From Rhodobacteraceae bacterium UBA1943 (GTDB lineage: Bacteria > Pseudomonadota > Alphaproteobacteria > Rhodobacterales > Rhodobacteraceae), in contig DDEX01000035.1 of NCBI GenBank assembly GCA_002336845.1, forward strand, positions 2,474 through 66,473: a DNA stretch of 64,000 bases, read 5' to 3'. Below the pieces are notes generated by a model. That model made no database searches, was not told the DNA's origin, and saw only the letters and a list, made by a program, of their open reading frames with translations. Positions 44,280 through 54,064 of this stretch are shown here, one piece after another. Each line of letters opens with the position of its first letter. The stretch's first letter is position 1. The translations under genes and the position numbers were made by a program.

Positions 44280-45239
44280 TCAGAAAGGGCTGTCGGGGAA
44301 GTAGAAACGCTCTGCGTTTTCGGGCGTGATAAGGGTCGAGCCGATGATGAAGCGGCCGTAAACCGGCGTATCCGACACGAAGCGCAGCGCCGTCATCTCG
44401 ATCGCGGCAGAGATCAGGGCAGGCGGATAGGTGACATCGACCGGCAGTTGCGGATCCTTGTCCATGATCCGCTTGACGATTTCCTTCATCCCGGCGCCGC
44501 CGATGATCCACATTTCTTTCTCGCGTCCGGCCTGGGCGATGGCTTCCATCACGCCGATGGCCATATCGTCATCCGCCGCCCAGACCGCGTCGATCTTGGG
44601 GTATTTCGACAGATAGTCCTGCATCACGGTAAAGGCTTCGTCGCGGTTCCAGTTGCCGTGCTGCTTGTCCAGAATCTCGATGCCCGAACCATCGATGGCT
44701 TTCTCGAACGCCTCGACCCGCTCATTGTCCAGCGTGGTGGCGATGCCGCGCAGGATCACGATCTTGGCGCCCGCAGGCAGGTGAGCCTTGAAGTATTCTC
44801 CCGCAACCCGGCCAAAGGCGGTGTTGTCGCCCGCGACATACAGGTCTTCGATGCCTTCAACCGAGAGGCCGCGGTCCACCACCGTCACCCATTTTCCGGC
44901 ATCCTTCACCGCTTTGACCGGCCCGGTCAGCGGTTCGGATTCGAAGGGCAACACCACAAGGCCGTCGATGTTGCGGGTGGCCAGCATGTCTTCAAGGTCA
45001 TCGACCTGCTTGCCCGGCTCGCCCGCCGTGGCCAGCACGAATTTCAGGTTGGGATAGGCCTTTTCCAGCCGGGCGATGCTTTGCTGGGCGTGCCAGTTCA
45101 GCCCGCCCATGAAGCCATGGGTGGCCGACGGAATCGACACGCCGATGGTATAGGTTTTTTCTTCCGCCTGAACCGAACCTGCGGTTGCGGCCCCAACGGC
45201 CAGAACGGCGGCGCTGCCAAGGAATTGTCTGCGCTTCAT
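44280..45239 (-). CDS. Periplasmic sugar-binding protein (RbsB-like)
   Basis: Start trimmed to MKRRQFLGSAAVLAVGAATAGSVQA (Tat-like signal). Periplasmic binding protein fold, 319 aa. Confidence 0.85.
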   Translation of the reverse strand: MKRRQFLGSAAVLAVGAATAGSVQAEEKTYTIGVSIPSATHGFMGGLNWHAQQSIARLEKAYPNLKFVLATAGEPGKQVDDLEDMLATRNIDGLVVLPFESEPLTGPVKAVKDAGKWVTVVDRGLSVEGIEDLYVAGDNTAFGRVAGEYFKAHLPAGAKIVILRGIATTLDNERVEAFEKAIDGSGIEILDKQHGNWNRDEAFTVMQDYLSKYPKIDAVWAADDDMAIGVMEAIAQAGREKEMWIIGGAGMKEIVKRIMDKDPQLPVDVTYPPALISAAIEMTALRFVSDTPVYGRFIIGSTLITPENAERFYFPDSPF

Positions 45240-45255
45240 GGTCTTTCCTCCCATT

Positions 45256-46227
45256 TTACCGCCCTTCGGCGGATGATTTCCCGCGTTGCAACACAACGGC
45301 GAGCACGATGATGACCCCCTGGATCGCCCCGTTCAGATAGGGCGACACGAGGTCGGCAAGGTTCAGGATGTTGTCGATCAGGCTCAGGATCAGCACCCCC
45401 ACCACGGTGCCCCAGACCCGGCCATAACCGCCTTTCAGCGCAGTGCCCCCGATGATCACGGCGGCAATCGCCTCCAGTTCCCACAAAAGCCCGGTCGAGC
45501 CGGAGGCAGAACCAAGGCGCGGGACGTAAAGGATGGTGGCAAGGCCGACCAGCAGGCCAAGTGCGATATAGGTCCACAACTGCACCGTCTCGACCTTGAC
45601 CGCCGAATAGCGCGCCACCTTGTCGTTCGACCCGATCGCCTCGCAATAACGGCCAAAGCGGGTGTGACGCATCATCACCTCTCCCAGAACGGCGATGATG
45701 GCAAAGACGATGATCGGCCAGGCGACGCCGAACAGCCCGCCATAATAGACCGGGCGATAGAATTCGCGGGTGCCGAAATCGAGGCTGAGGGTTCCGCCAT
45801 TGGCAATCCAGGTCACCAGGCTGCGGAAAATGCCCATCGTGCCAAGGGTGACGATAAAGGGTTCAATCCGTGCGCGGGTAATCAGCAGCCCGTTGCCCAG
45901 CCCGGCCAGCAGGCCCACCGCCAGCGCCACGCCCATGCCCGCCAGAACCAGTGGTATCCCCACACCCAGCCGGGGCAGCATCGCGTTCATCGCCAGAATC
46001 ATCATGCCCGCGATGAACGCGGCCATCGAGCCTACCGACAGATCCAGCCCGCCCGAGGTGATGACAAAGGTCATCCCCACCGCGATCATGCCGATAAAAG
46101 CCGAACGGGCGAGAACATTGGTGATGTTGCCAGCGGAATAGAAGTTTTCGTTCAGCCAGGCCCCAAGGATCACCAACAGGATCAGCGCGGCCAAAGGGCC
46201 AAGGGTGGACAGCGACAGGTTACGCAT
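45256..46227 (-). CDS. Sugar ABC transporter permease (RbsC-like)
   Basis: Start trimmed to MRNLSLSTLGPLAALILLVILG; the longer track ORF runs out of frame into the ATPase gene. Multi-pass membrane protein. Confidence 0.85.
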   Translation of the reverse strand: MRNLSLSTLGPLAALILLVILGAWLNENFYSAGNITNVLARSAFIGMIAVGMTFVITSGGLDLSVGSMAAFIAGMMILAMNAMLPRLGVGIPLVLAGMGVALAVGLLAGLGNGLLITRARIEPFIVTLGTMGIFRSLVTWIANGGTLSLDFGTREFYRPVYYGGLFGVAWPIIVFAIIAVLGEVMMRHTRFGRYCEAIGSNDKVARYSAVKVETVQLWTYIALGLLVGLATILYVPRLGSASGSTGLLWELEAIAAVIIGGTALKGGYGRVWGTVVGVLILSLIDNILNLADLVSPYLNGAIQGVIIVLAVVLQRGKSSAEGR

Positions 46228-47728
46228 GTTCGGTGGCCTTTTCCGTGGTGCCCATGACAAGCCGCACGATGGCGGTCTCGGTGATCTCGGCCCCCTCCAA
46301 AACGCCCGCCATGCGGCCCTGCCGCATGACCAGAACGCGATCGGAAAGGCCCAGAATCTCGGGCATGTCAGAGGAGATGACGATGACGCTGTGCCCGTCA
46401 CGGGCGAGGCGGTCGATGAAATGGTAGATCTGGCTTTTGGTGCCGATGTCGATGCCGCGGGTTGGCTCATCGATGATGATCACCTCTGGCTCTGCCAGCA
46501 TGGTCTTGGCCAGCAAGACCTTTTGCTGGTTGCCGCCCGACAGGTTACCCACCACCATATCACGCTTGGGTGCGCGGATGTCGAAATCGGCGATTGCCTG
46601 GGTCAGCGCCGCCTCTTCTGCTGCGCGCGATACCAGAGGGGTGCCGAAACGGTCCAGCGTGGACAGCGTCAGGTTCTCGCGCAGCGTCTTGGCCAGCAGC
46701 AGGCCGCGTTCCTTGCGGTCTTCGGTCAGATAGGCCAGCCCCTGTTCCGCAGCCCCTGCGATCGAGCGGATCGTGGTTTCCGCCCCGTTGCGCAGCACCG
46801 TGCCCGAATGGCGGCGCAGGCCCACAAGCCCCTCGGCCAGTTCGGTGCGGCCCGATCCGACAAGGCCGGAAATCCCCAGCACCTCGCCACGGCGCAGGGC
46901 AAAGCCGATACCGGAAACCAGCGGCGGCACCGCAAAATCGCGCAGTTCCAGCACCACGGGGCCAAACTCGCTGCGGCGGGGCGGAAAGATGTCTTTCAGA
47001 TCGCGGCCCACCATTGCGGTGGCCATACCGTCCTCGGTCATCTCGCCGCGCAGGGCCTGACGCACCACAGCGCCATCGCGCAGCACGGTGATGCGGTCGG
47101 CCAGATGCGCCACCTCATCCAGCCGGTGAGAGGTGTAGAGCAGGGCCACACCCTGTTCGCGTAGCCGGTCGATCTGGCGGAACAGCACCTCCACCTCATG
47201 CCCGGTCAAAACGGCGGAGGGTTCGTCCATGATCAGCACCCGAGCCTTGCGCGACAGGGCCTTGGCAATCTCGACCATCTGACGGTCGGATACCGGCAGG
47301 TCGCGGATGCGGGCATCGGGGCTGACGCGGCATTCAAGCTGATCCAGCAGCGCCTGCGTCGCGGCCCGCATAGCCTTGTGATCCAAGAGCCAGCCGCCCA
47401 TCTCGCGGCCCAGCCAGATGTTCTGGTTGACGGTCAGGTCGGCCGCCAGATTGAATTCCTGATGGATGACGACGATGCCTTGCGCCTCGGCTTCTGCCCC
47501 ATTGTGATAGGTGGCGGGTTTGCCCTCGAACAGAACCTGACCGGAAGTGGGCGCCAGAAAGCCGCCCAGAATCTTCATGATCGTCGATTTTCCTGCGCCA
47601 TTCTCACCGATCAGGGCGTGAACCTCGCCGGGATGAAGGGCAAAGTCGATGCCGTGCAGAATTTCGATCGGACCGAAACTTTTCCGCACGTCCTGAAGGG
47701 TAAGGATCGCGGTCATAGCGTTATCCAA
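46220..47728 (-). CDS. Sugar ABC transporter ATP-binding protein (duplicated, RbsA-like)
   Basis: GENGAGKST, IMDEPSAVL, LSGGNQQK, IIIDEPTRGID. Alternative start at 47716 (MTAILTLQDV). Confidence 0.9.
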   Translation of the reverse strand: MDNAMTAILTLQDVRKSFGPIEILHGIDFALHPGEVHALIGENGAGKSTIMKILGGFLAPTSGQVLFEGKPATYHNGAEAEAQGIVVIHQEFNLAADLTVNQNIWLGREMGGWLLDHKAMRAATQALLDQLECRVSPDARIRDLPVSDRQMVEIAKALSRKARVLIMDEPSAVLTGHEVEVLFRQIDRLREQGVALLYTSHRLDEVAHLADRITVLRDGAVVRQALRGEMTEDGMATAMVGRDLKDIFPPRRSEFGPVVLELRDFAVPPLVSGIGFALRRGEVLGISGLVGSGRTELAEGLVGLRRHSGTVLRNGAETTIRSIAGAAEQGLAYLTEDRKERGLLLAKTLRENLTLSTLDRFGTPLVSRAAEEAALTQAIADFDIRAPKRDMVVGNLSGGNQQKVLLAKTMLAEPEVIIIDEPTRGIDIGTKSQIYHFIDRLARDGHSVIVISSDMPEILGLSDRVLVMRQGRMAGVLEGAEITETAIVRLVMGTTEKATEHA

Positions 47729-48852
47729 GCTGCATTCCGCTTGGCCGATTGCACGCAGGCCTCGACAAAGCGCATCCCCTGCAAGCCATCGATAAGTGTC
47801 GGGTAGGTCACGCCATCGGGCACCGGCTGGCCTGCGTCATGGGCGCGAATGGCCTGCGCGGCCTCGGTGTAGATCGTGGCGAAGGCTTCCAGATAGCCTT
47901 CGGGGTGGCCACCGGGAACCCGGCTCACACGAGCAGCCTCGGGGCCAGCCCCCGCGCCGTTACGGGTGATCAGACGTTTTTCCTGTCCAAAGGGGGTGAA
48001 CCACAACCGGTTAGGGTCTTCCTGCGACCACTCCAGGCCGCCCTTGTCGCCATAGATCCGCAGCCGCAGCCCATTTTCATTGCCCGGTGCCACCTGACTG
48101 CACCACAGGGTGCCCCTCGCGCCGCTGGCATAGCGCAGCATGACATGGGCATTGTCATCCAGTCGCCGCCCTGGAACGAAGGATGACAGATCGGCGGCCA
48201 GTGCCTGCGGCACCTCACCGCTGACAAAGGCGGCCAGATTATAGGCATGGGTGCCGATGTCGCCCAGCGCACCGCCCGCGCCGGACCGCGCCGGATCGGT
48301 GCGCCATTCGGCCTGTTTTGACCCCGCCGTCTCCACCGCCTCGGTCAACCAGTCCTGCGCATACTCCACCTGCACCAGACGGATGCGCCCCAGATCGCCC
48401 GCCAACACCATGGCGCGGGCTTGGCGGACCATCGGATAGCCGGTGTAATTGTGGGTCAGGATGAACAGGGCATTGGCCTTGTTCGCCACCGCCGACAGCC
48501 TTTTTGCCTCGGCCATTGTGGCGGTCAGCGGCTTGTCGCAGATCACATGGATGTCGCGTTTCAGGAATTCGATCGCGGGGGCGGCGTGCATGTGGTTCGG
48601 GGTCACGATGGCCACGGCGCGAATGCCATCCTTGCGACGCGCTTCGCGGATCGCCATCTGGCGAAAATCGTCATAGTTGCGCGCCGGGTCCAGCCCCAGC
48701 TCGGTTCCCGAAGCGCGGGCCTTTTCCGGGGTCGAGGACAAGGCCCCCGCCACCAGACGGAACTGCCCGTCCAGCCGCGCTGCGATGCGGTGAACCGCGC
48801 CGATAAAGGCCCCCTGTCCACCGCCGACCATGCCAAGAGGGATGGGATTCAT
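47713..48852 (-). CDS. Gfo/Idh/MocA family NAD(P)-dependent oxidoreductase
   Basis: N-terminal Rossmann LGMVGGGQGAFIGAVH.., ..VAIVTPNHMH.., ..ICDKPL.. motifs; 379 aa. Confidence 0.88.
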   Translation of the reverse strand: MNPIPLGMVGGGQGAFIGAVHRIAARLDGQFRLVAGALSSTPEKARASGTELGLDPARNYDDFRQMAIREARRKDGIRAVAIVTPNHMHAAPAIEFLKRDIHVICDKPLTATMAEAKRLSAVANKANALFILTHNYTGYPMVRQARAMVLAGDLGRIRLVQVEYAQDWLTEAVETAGSKQAEWRTDPARSGAGGALGDIGTHAYNLAAFVSGEVPQALAADLSSFVPGRRLDDNAHVMLRYASGARGTLWCSQVAPGNENGLRLRIYGDKGGLEWSQEDPNRLWFTPFGQEKRLITRNGAGAGPEAARVSRVPGGHPEGYLEAFATIYTEAAQAIRAHDAGQPVPDGVTYPTLIDGLQGMRFVEACVQSAKRNAAWITL

Positions 48853-49907
48853 GGCGCCAGCCCCAGCATCTTGCGATTGGCGGCGCGGTCTGTGCCCGCG
48901 CCTGCGAAATCATCGAACGCCTTTTCGGTGACGCGGATGATGTGCGACTTGACGAAAGCGGCCCCCTCGCGTGCGCCGTCCTCGGGGTGCTTAAGGGCGC
49001 ATTCCCACTCGACCACCGCCCAGCCGTCAAAGCCGTATTGGGTGAGCTTCGAGAACACGCCGCCGAAATCCACCTGCCCGTCGCCCAGGCTTCGGAACCG
49101 TCCCGCCCGGTTCACCCACGACTGGAAGCCGCCATAGACGCCCTGCCGCCCGGTCGGGTTCAACTCGGCATCCTTCACATGGAACATGCGGATGCGGTCG
49201 TGATAAATGTCGATGTTTTCCAAATAGTTCAGGTGCTGCAAAACGTAATGCGACGGATCATAGAGCATGTTCGCGCGCGCATGGTTTCCGACGCGTTCAA
49301 GGAACATCTCATAACTGATGCCGTCGTGCAGATCCTCTCCGGGGTGGATTTCAAAGCACAGGTCCACGCCCATGTCCTCGGCATGGTTCAGGATCGGCGT
49401 CCAGCGGCGCGCAAGTTCGTCAAAGGCTTCCTCGACCAGACCGGCGGGACGCTGCGGCCAGGGATAGACATAGGGCCAGGCCAGCGCGCCACTGAAGGTT
49501 GCTTGCGCTGTCAGGCCCAGATTGCGGCTGGCGGTCAGCGCCAGCTTCACCTGATCCACCGCCCAGGCCTGCCGCGCGACGGGGTTGCCCCGCACCGCCG
49601 GGGCGGCGAAACCGTCAAAGGCTGTGTCATAGGCCGGATGCACGGCGACCAACTGGCCCTGCAAATGCGTTGAAAGTTCGGTCACGGCAATGCCGGCTTC
49701 GGCTGCCACGCCTTTGATCTCGTCGCAGTAATCCTTGGATGCTGCGGCCTTTTCCAGATCGAACAGCCGGGCATCCCAACTGGGCAGTTGAACACCGGCA
49801 TAACCACACTCTGCCGCCCAGCGGGTGATAGAGGCCCAGGTGTTGAAGGGTGCGGTATCGCCCGCGAACTGCGCCAGAAACAGCGCCGGACCTTTGATCG
49901 TTCGCAT
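48849..49907 (-). CDS. Sugar phosphate isomerase/epimerase (xylose isomerase-like TIM barrel)
   Basis: Start trimmed to MRTIKGPALFLAQFAGD... The upstream part of the 497-aa track ORF crosses the promoter and is antisense to the LacI gene. TIM-barrel motifs ..CFEIHPGEDL.., ..MFHVKDAE.. Confidence 0.82.
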   Translation of the reverse strand: MRTIKGPALFLAQFAGDTAPFNTWASITRWAAECGYAGVQLPSWDARLFDLEKAAASKDYCDEIKGVAAEAGIAVTELSTHLQGQLVAVHPAYDTAFDGFAAPAVRGNPVARQAWAVDQVKLALTASRNLGLTAQATFSGALAWPYVYPWPQRPAGLVEEAFDELARRWTPILNHAEDMGVDLCFEIHPGEDLHDGISYEMFLERVGNHARANMLYDPSHYVLQHLNYLENIDIYHDRIRMFHVKDAELNPTGRQGVYGGFQSWVNRAGRFRSLGDGQVDFGGVFSKLTQYGFDGWAVVEWECALKHPEDGAREGAAFVKSHIIRVTEKAFDDFAGAGTDRAANRKMLGLAP

Positions 49908-49927
49908 CAGCCCCTCCCCGAGCGTGA

Positions 49928-49941
49928 TGTAATCGGTTTCA
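49928..49941. promoter_or_regulatory. LacI-type operator 1: TGTAATCGGTTTCA
   Basis: 14-bp imperfect palindrome with central CG, in the divergent gap between the TIM-barrel operon and the LacI gene. Half-site TG(n)AA(n)C. Confidence 0.55.
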
Positions 49942-49959
49942 TTTACGATAGACGAGCAA

Positions 49960-49973
49960 TGTAAACGATTGCA
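49960..49973. promoter_or_regulatory. LacI-type operator 2: TGTAAACGATTGCA
   Basis: Second 14-bp imperfect palindrome, 32 bp from operator 1 (about three helical turns), with the same half-site consensus. Confidence 0.55.
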
Positions 49974-50034
49974 AGATGATTCCTGCGACCGAAATCTGAT
50001 TGAGCAGCCCGATCCGGCGGCGTAGGGAAGAGCG

Positions 50035-51039
50035 ATGAAGAAATATCGTCCCAATATCAGCGATGTCGCCCGTCTGGCGGGGGTTTCGACGGCCACGGTC
50101 AGTCGCGCCCTGTCAAACCCCTCGTTGGTCAGTGAGGCGACGCGCGAGGCGGTGCGCGGTGCGATTGCGGCCACCGGATACCGGCTGAACGAAACGGCGC
50201 GCAACCTGCGGCATCGCCGGACAGGCGGCATCCTTGCGCTGGTTCCGAACCTGGCCAATCCGTTCTTTTCACAAATCCTGTCAGGCGTTGCCTCGGTTCT
50301 TGGCCCGGCTGGATACAATCTGCTGATTGCAGATACGCGCACCGCCGGGGCCGACCGGCTGCTGGATTACGCCGAACCGTCGCGCTCTGACGGGTTGATC
50401 ATTCTGGATGGTTCCTTGCCGGTTTCTGCGCTGACCGGCCGTATTCCGATTGTTGAGGCTTGCGAATGGGTGCCCGGCCTTGTTGCCCCGCGCGTCAAGA
50501 TCGACAATCGCTCGGCGGCGGGATTGGCGGTGCAACATCTTGCCGATCTTGGCCATGTGCGTATCGGCCATGTCGTTGGGCCGGCAGGCAATGTTCTGAG
50601 CGTTGCGCGTCTGGCAGGTTATGAGGATGCGCTGCGCAGTCGTGGACTGCCGCTGGTGCAAAGTGCGATCTATCAGGGCGACTTTTCGCTGGAGTCTGGT
50701 CGCGCAGCCGCCGCCCTGTGGCTGCAACAACCCCAAGAAACGCGGCCGACGGCGTTGTTTCTTGCCTCTGATGCCATGGCTTGCGGTTTCATCGGCGAAG
50801 TACAGCGCCACGGGCTGACGGTGCCGCGTGATGTCTCGGTCGTGGGCTTCGACGATATCGAACTGATCGCTCATATCTCGCCGCCGCTGACCACGATCCG
50901 CCAGCCGCGCACGGCCATCGGGCAGGTGGCGGCAGAGCGGCTGTTGAATCGCTTGCGCAGCATCGATGATACGGATGAGGATACGATCCTGCCGGTCGAA
51001 CTGATCATCCGTGCAAGCACCGCCGCCCCACGGCGCTGA
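50035..51039 (+). CDS. LacI family transcriptional regulator
   Basis: N-terminal HTH (NISDVARLAGVSTATVSRALSNPSLVSEATREAVRGAIAATGY) plus a periplasmic-binding-like effector domain. Confidence 0.9.
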   Translation: MKKYRPNISDVARLAGVSTATVSRALSNPSLVSEATREAVRGAIAATGYRLNETARNLRHRRTGGILALVPNLANPFFSQILSGVASVLGPAGYNLLIADTRTAGADRLLDYAEPSRSDGLIILDGSLPVSALTGRIPIVEACEWVPGLVAPRVKIDNRSAAGLAVQHLADLGHVRIGHVVGPAGNVLSVARLAGYEDALRSRGLPLVQSAIYQGDFSLESGRAAAALWLQQPQETRPTALFLASDAMACGFIGEVQRHGLTVPRDVSVVGFDDIELIAHISPPLTTIRQPRTAIGQVAAERLLNRLRSIDDTDEDTILPVELIIRASTAAPRR

Positions 51040-51110
51040 CCCATCGGCAAAGCCCGCGTCATCCGACCGCAAGGCCGATCATGTCCTATACACCGGGCAC
51101 CTTCGGTTCG

Positions 51111-51755
51111 TCAGGCGGGCCGATCCTGTCCCGGGTTTCGGGTTTGCGATGCACGGCGCAGCGCCTCTTCCAGCTCGGCGATCCGGGCATCGCGGTTATG
51201 GATGGCTTCGGCCACATCCTCCGGATCCAGAAGGGGCGGGATATGGCGCGGACAGTTCGCATCCCAAGCCAGGATGTCAAAAACAAAGGCCCGTTCTGGC
51301 CGCCCTTTGGCATCCTCGGGCGTCAGTCGGGCCAGTAGTGCGCTGTCATTCTCAATCATCCGGGCACGGCCCCAAATCTTCACCCGTTGCTGGCGCGCAT
51401 AGTCGATAAGGAACAGAAATGCCCGCGGATTGTCGATCAGGTTGCCTTGCGTGATGAACTGCCGGTTGCCGACCAGATCGGCGAAGCCAAGCGTTCTTGG
51501 CCCCAGAACCCTGAGAAAACCTTTCGGCCCGCCGCGGTGCTGGGCATAGGGATAGCCCAGCGGATTGCTGGTAACGACATAAAGCGTGCGGACCTGCGCC
51601 GCGAAAGCGGCAAGTTCCGGCGTGACTGTCGTCTGCCAACCGCCCGCCGCCTCATGTCTGGCATAGGCCGCGCGCGAACCGCGCTGTTCCTGCAAGGCCT
51701 TCACGGTCGGGGTAAAGGCGATGTCGCTGGAATAGACAAACCCTTCGTCAGTCAT
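51111..51755 (-). CDS. Pyridoxamine 5'-phosphate oxidase-family FMN-binding protein
   Basis: Split-barrel pattern (..GGPKGFLRVLGPRTLGFADLVGNRQFITQGNL..). 214 aa with a C-terminal extension. Confidence 0.6.
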   Translation of the reverse strand: MTDEGFVYSSDIAFTPTVKALQEQRGSRAAYARHEAAGGWQTTVTPELAAFAAQVRTLYVVTSNPLGYPYAQHRGGPKGFLRVLGPRTLGFADLVGNRQFITQGNLIDNPRAFLFLIDYARQQRVKIWGRARMIENDSALLARLTPEDAKGRPERAFVFDILAWDANCPRHIPPLLDPEDVAEAIHNRDARIAELEEALRRASQTRNPGQDRPA

Positions 51756-51758
51756 GAT

Positions 51759-52223
51759 CTATAGTCCCAGTTCTGTCAGGCCGGGATGATCGACCGGGCG
51801 CGGACCTTGAGGCCAATGGAACAGCCGTTCGGTTGCCGAGATCGTCAGATCATTGATCGATGCGATGCGGCGGCGCATCAGACCTGCGGCATCGAATTCC
51901 CAGTTTTCGTTGCCATAGCTGCGAAACCAGCGACCGCTGTCGTTGCGCCATTCATAGGCAAAGCGCACTGCAATACGGTTGTCCTGCCAGGCCCAAACCT
52001 CCTTGATCAGGCGATAGTCCTGTTCGGTCGCCCATTTGCGAACCAGAAAGGCGGTGATCGCCGCACGACCCTGAAAGAACTCGGCGCGGTTTCGCCACAG
52101 GCTGTCTTCGGTATAGGCCAACGCGACGCGAGCCGGATCGCGGCTGTTCCAGGCGTCTTCGGCCATGCGGGCCTTTTGGGCGGCAGTCTCGGCGACAAAA
52201 GGGGGCAAGGGCGGACGGCTCAT
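51759..52223 (-). CDS. DUF1348 (NTF2-like) family protein
   Basis: Start trimmed to MSRPPLPPF... The sequence ..[62 protein letters not shown] matches the DUF1348 pattern I recall. Confidence 0.7.
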   Translation of the reverse strand: MSRPPLPPFVAETAAQKARMAEDAWNSRDPARVALAYTEDSLWRNRAEFFQGRAAITAFLVRKWATEQDYRLIKEVWAWQDNRIAVRFAYEWRNDSGRWFRSYGNENWEFDAAGLMRRRIASINDLTISATERLFHWPQGPRPVDHPGLTELGL

Positions 52224-52279
52224 GGCGAACTCCTTGAGGTGTGGCCGGGGGCAGGGTTGCCACACCCCCGGCCTTGGGG

Positions 52280-52825
52280 TCAGGCGTTGACGGCGACGAC
52301 CGGGAAGTCAACTTCGGTCCCGAAGACCTCGTTGATATAGTTCGTCAGGGTGTTCAGAGCGACATGAGCCACGATCTCGACCAGTTCGGCATCGGAATAG
52401 CCTGCGGCGCGGACAGCGGAAAGTTCGGCGTCCGACACCATGCCACGGTTCTTCGTGACGCTGATGGCAAAGCCGATCGCCGCGGCAACCTTTGCATTGC
52501 CCGACCCGCCCTTGCGGTTCATGGCAACCTCTGCCTCTGACAGCTTTACAAGGTTGGTGCCCAGGAAGGTGTGTGCAGCCAGGCAATAGCCGCAGCCATT
52601 GGCCTGAGCGACGGCAAGGGCAATGCCTTCGCGTACGGCAGCGGGCAGCTTGCCCTTGCCCAATGCACCATTCAGTCCAAGATAGCCTTCCAGGGCTGCG
52701 GGGCTGTTGGCGACGATGCGAAACAGGTTCGGCACGCTGCCAAGTTGCTTGTTCACAGCCTCAAGCAGGGGGCGCGCGGCTTCGGGTGCGGCGTCGATGG
52801 TGGCTGGGGTGGGAATGCGGGACAT
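52280..52825 (-). CDS. Carboxymuconolactone decarboxylase / AhpD-like family protein
   Basis: Start trimmed to [15 protein letters not shown]... CxxC-type motif in [11 protein letters not shown]. The longer track ORF extends antisense into the LysR gene. Confidence 0.78.
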   Translation of the reverse strand: MSRIPTPATIDAAPEAARPLLEAVNKQLGSVPNLFRIVANSPAALEGYLGLNGALGKGKLPAAVREGIALAVAQANGCGYCLAAHTFLGTNLVKLSEAEVAMNRKGGSGNAKVAAAIGFAISVTKNRGMVSDAELSAVRAAGYSDAELVEIVAHVALNTLTNYINEVFGTEVDFPVVAVNA

Positions 52826-52942
52826 CGGTTTATCTCCTGAAGGCGCGGCATCTTGCCCGCCGTTCCCATGGAAATGATTGAAGCGACTTATAATGAGAAT
52901 ATAGATTACCTGCGTTACTTCATTGCATAAACCGGGATAATC

Positions 52943-53854
52943 ATGGATCGACTCGACATGATGAGGTGCTTCGTGGCCGTTGCCGATCATGGCAGCTTTG
53001 CTGCGGCGGCCCGCAAGCTGGGGCTTTCCACCTCGGCGCTGACGCGGCACGTTGCCGGGCTGGAGGACGACCTGTCCGCACAGCTTATGCGCCGCACCAC
53101 CCGCGCGGTTAGCCTGACGGACGAGGGATCGAGGTTTCTGGACCGTGCCCGTGGCCTTCTGGCCGATTTCGACGAGGCGAAAACCGCCCTTGAGGGCAAT
53201 GAAAAGGATTTGACCGGTCGGCTTGTTGTGACAGCACCCATCACCTTCGGCCGTATTCATGTCGCGCCGCTGCTTGCCCGCTTTGCTCGGTTGCATCCGC
53301 GGCTTGAGGTCGATCTTCAGGTCAGCGACCGTTTTGAAAGTCTGGTTGAGGATGGCATCGACGTGGCCTTCAGGATAGGGCACCTGTCCGATTCCACGGA
53401 TATTGCCGTCAAGGTCGGGGCGGTGCGCCGCGTGCTGGTGGGGGCTCCGCAATATCTTGCCGGAGCGCCGGAGCTTCGGCAGCCGAATGATCTATTCGCA
53501 CACCGCCTGATCGGGTTTCGCGCGATGACTCCGGCGGGGCAATGGGGCTTCTTTCCAAAAGCCGGGCCGGTGACCATTCGGCCTTCCGTGGCATTTTCCA
53601 CCAACAGCGCAGATATCGCAATCGCTCATGCCTGCGGCGCAGGGGGGGTGACCCTTGCCCTCAGCTATCAGGTGTTCAGCCAACTGCAATCGGGCGGCCT
53701 GGTGCGGCAACTGGCCGATTGTGAACCACCGCCGATGCCCGTCAGCTTTGTCACCAGCGGAAACAGGCGAATGCCAGCGCGTCTGCGGTTGCTTCTGGAC
53801 ATGATCCGCAGATCTGCCGACTGGGATTTCGCGCTTGAACCCGGAAAGGAATGA
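52943..53854 (+). CDS. LysR family transcriptional regulator
   Basis: N-terminal wHTH (MDRLDMMRCFVAVADHGSFAAAARKLGLSTSALTRHVAGLE); 303 aa; divergent from the AhpD-like gene. Confidence 0.9.
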   Translation: MDRLDMMRCFVAVADHGSFAAAARKLGLSTSALTRHVAGLEDDLSAQLMRRTTRAVSLTDEGSRFLDRARGLLADFDEAKTALEGNEKDLTGRLVVTAPITFGRIHVAPLLARFARLHPRLEVDLQVSDRFESLVEDGIDVAFRIGHLSDSTDIAVKVGAVRRVLVGAPQYLAGAPELRQPNDLFAHRLIGFRAMTPAGQWGFFPKAGPVTIRPSVAFSTNSADIAIAHACGAGGVTLALSYQVFSQLQSGGLVRQLADCEPPPMPVSFVTSGNRRMPARLRLLLDMIRRSADWDFALEPGKE

Positions 53855-54064
53855 GGGCTGCGGTGCCGCGACTGTACCCCCGGTTGCTATTGCTCCTTAT
53901 GCTTTCGGCGGCAACAGGTCCGTGCTTGCAATCCCTGACAAGGCGCGGGCTGTTCATGGGCTCATTGGGCAAGGAATTGGTCTCGTTGCCTGTGCGGGGA
54001 CGGCGGGCAGATCGGCGTGAGTTGGACATTTCCGGTCGTCCGAGAACAGAGGAGGGCGGTGTGG

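Noticed and set aside
52905-52920. ATTACCTGCGTTACTT in the LysR/AhpD gap, which looks like a seventh copy of the island operator.
   Set aside because: The half-site spacing is 4 rather than 6 nt and the left arm is degenerate. It lies 21 kb outside the island, in a LysR-type promoter.
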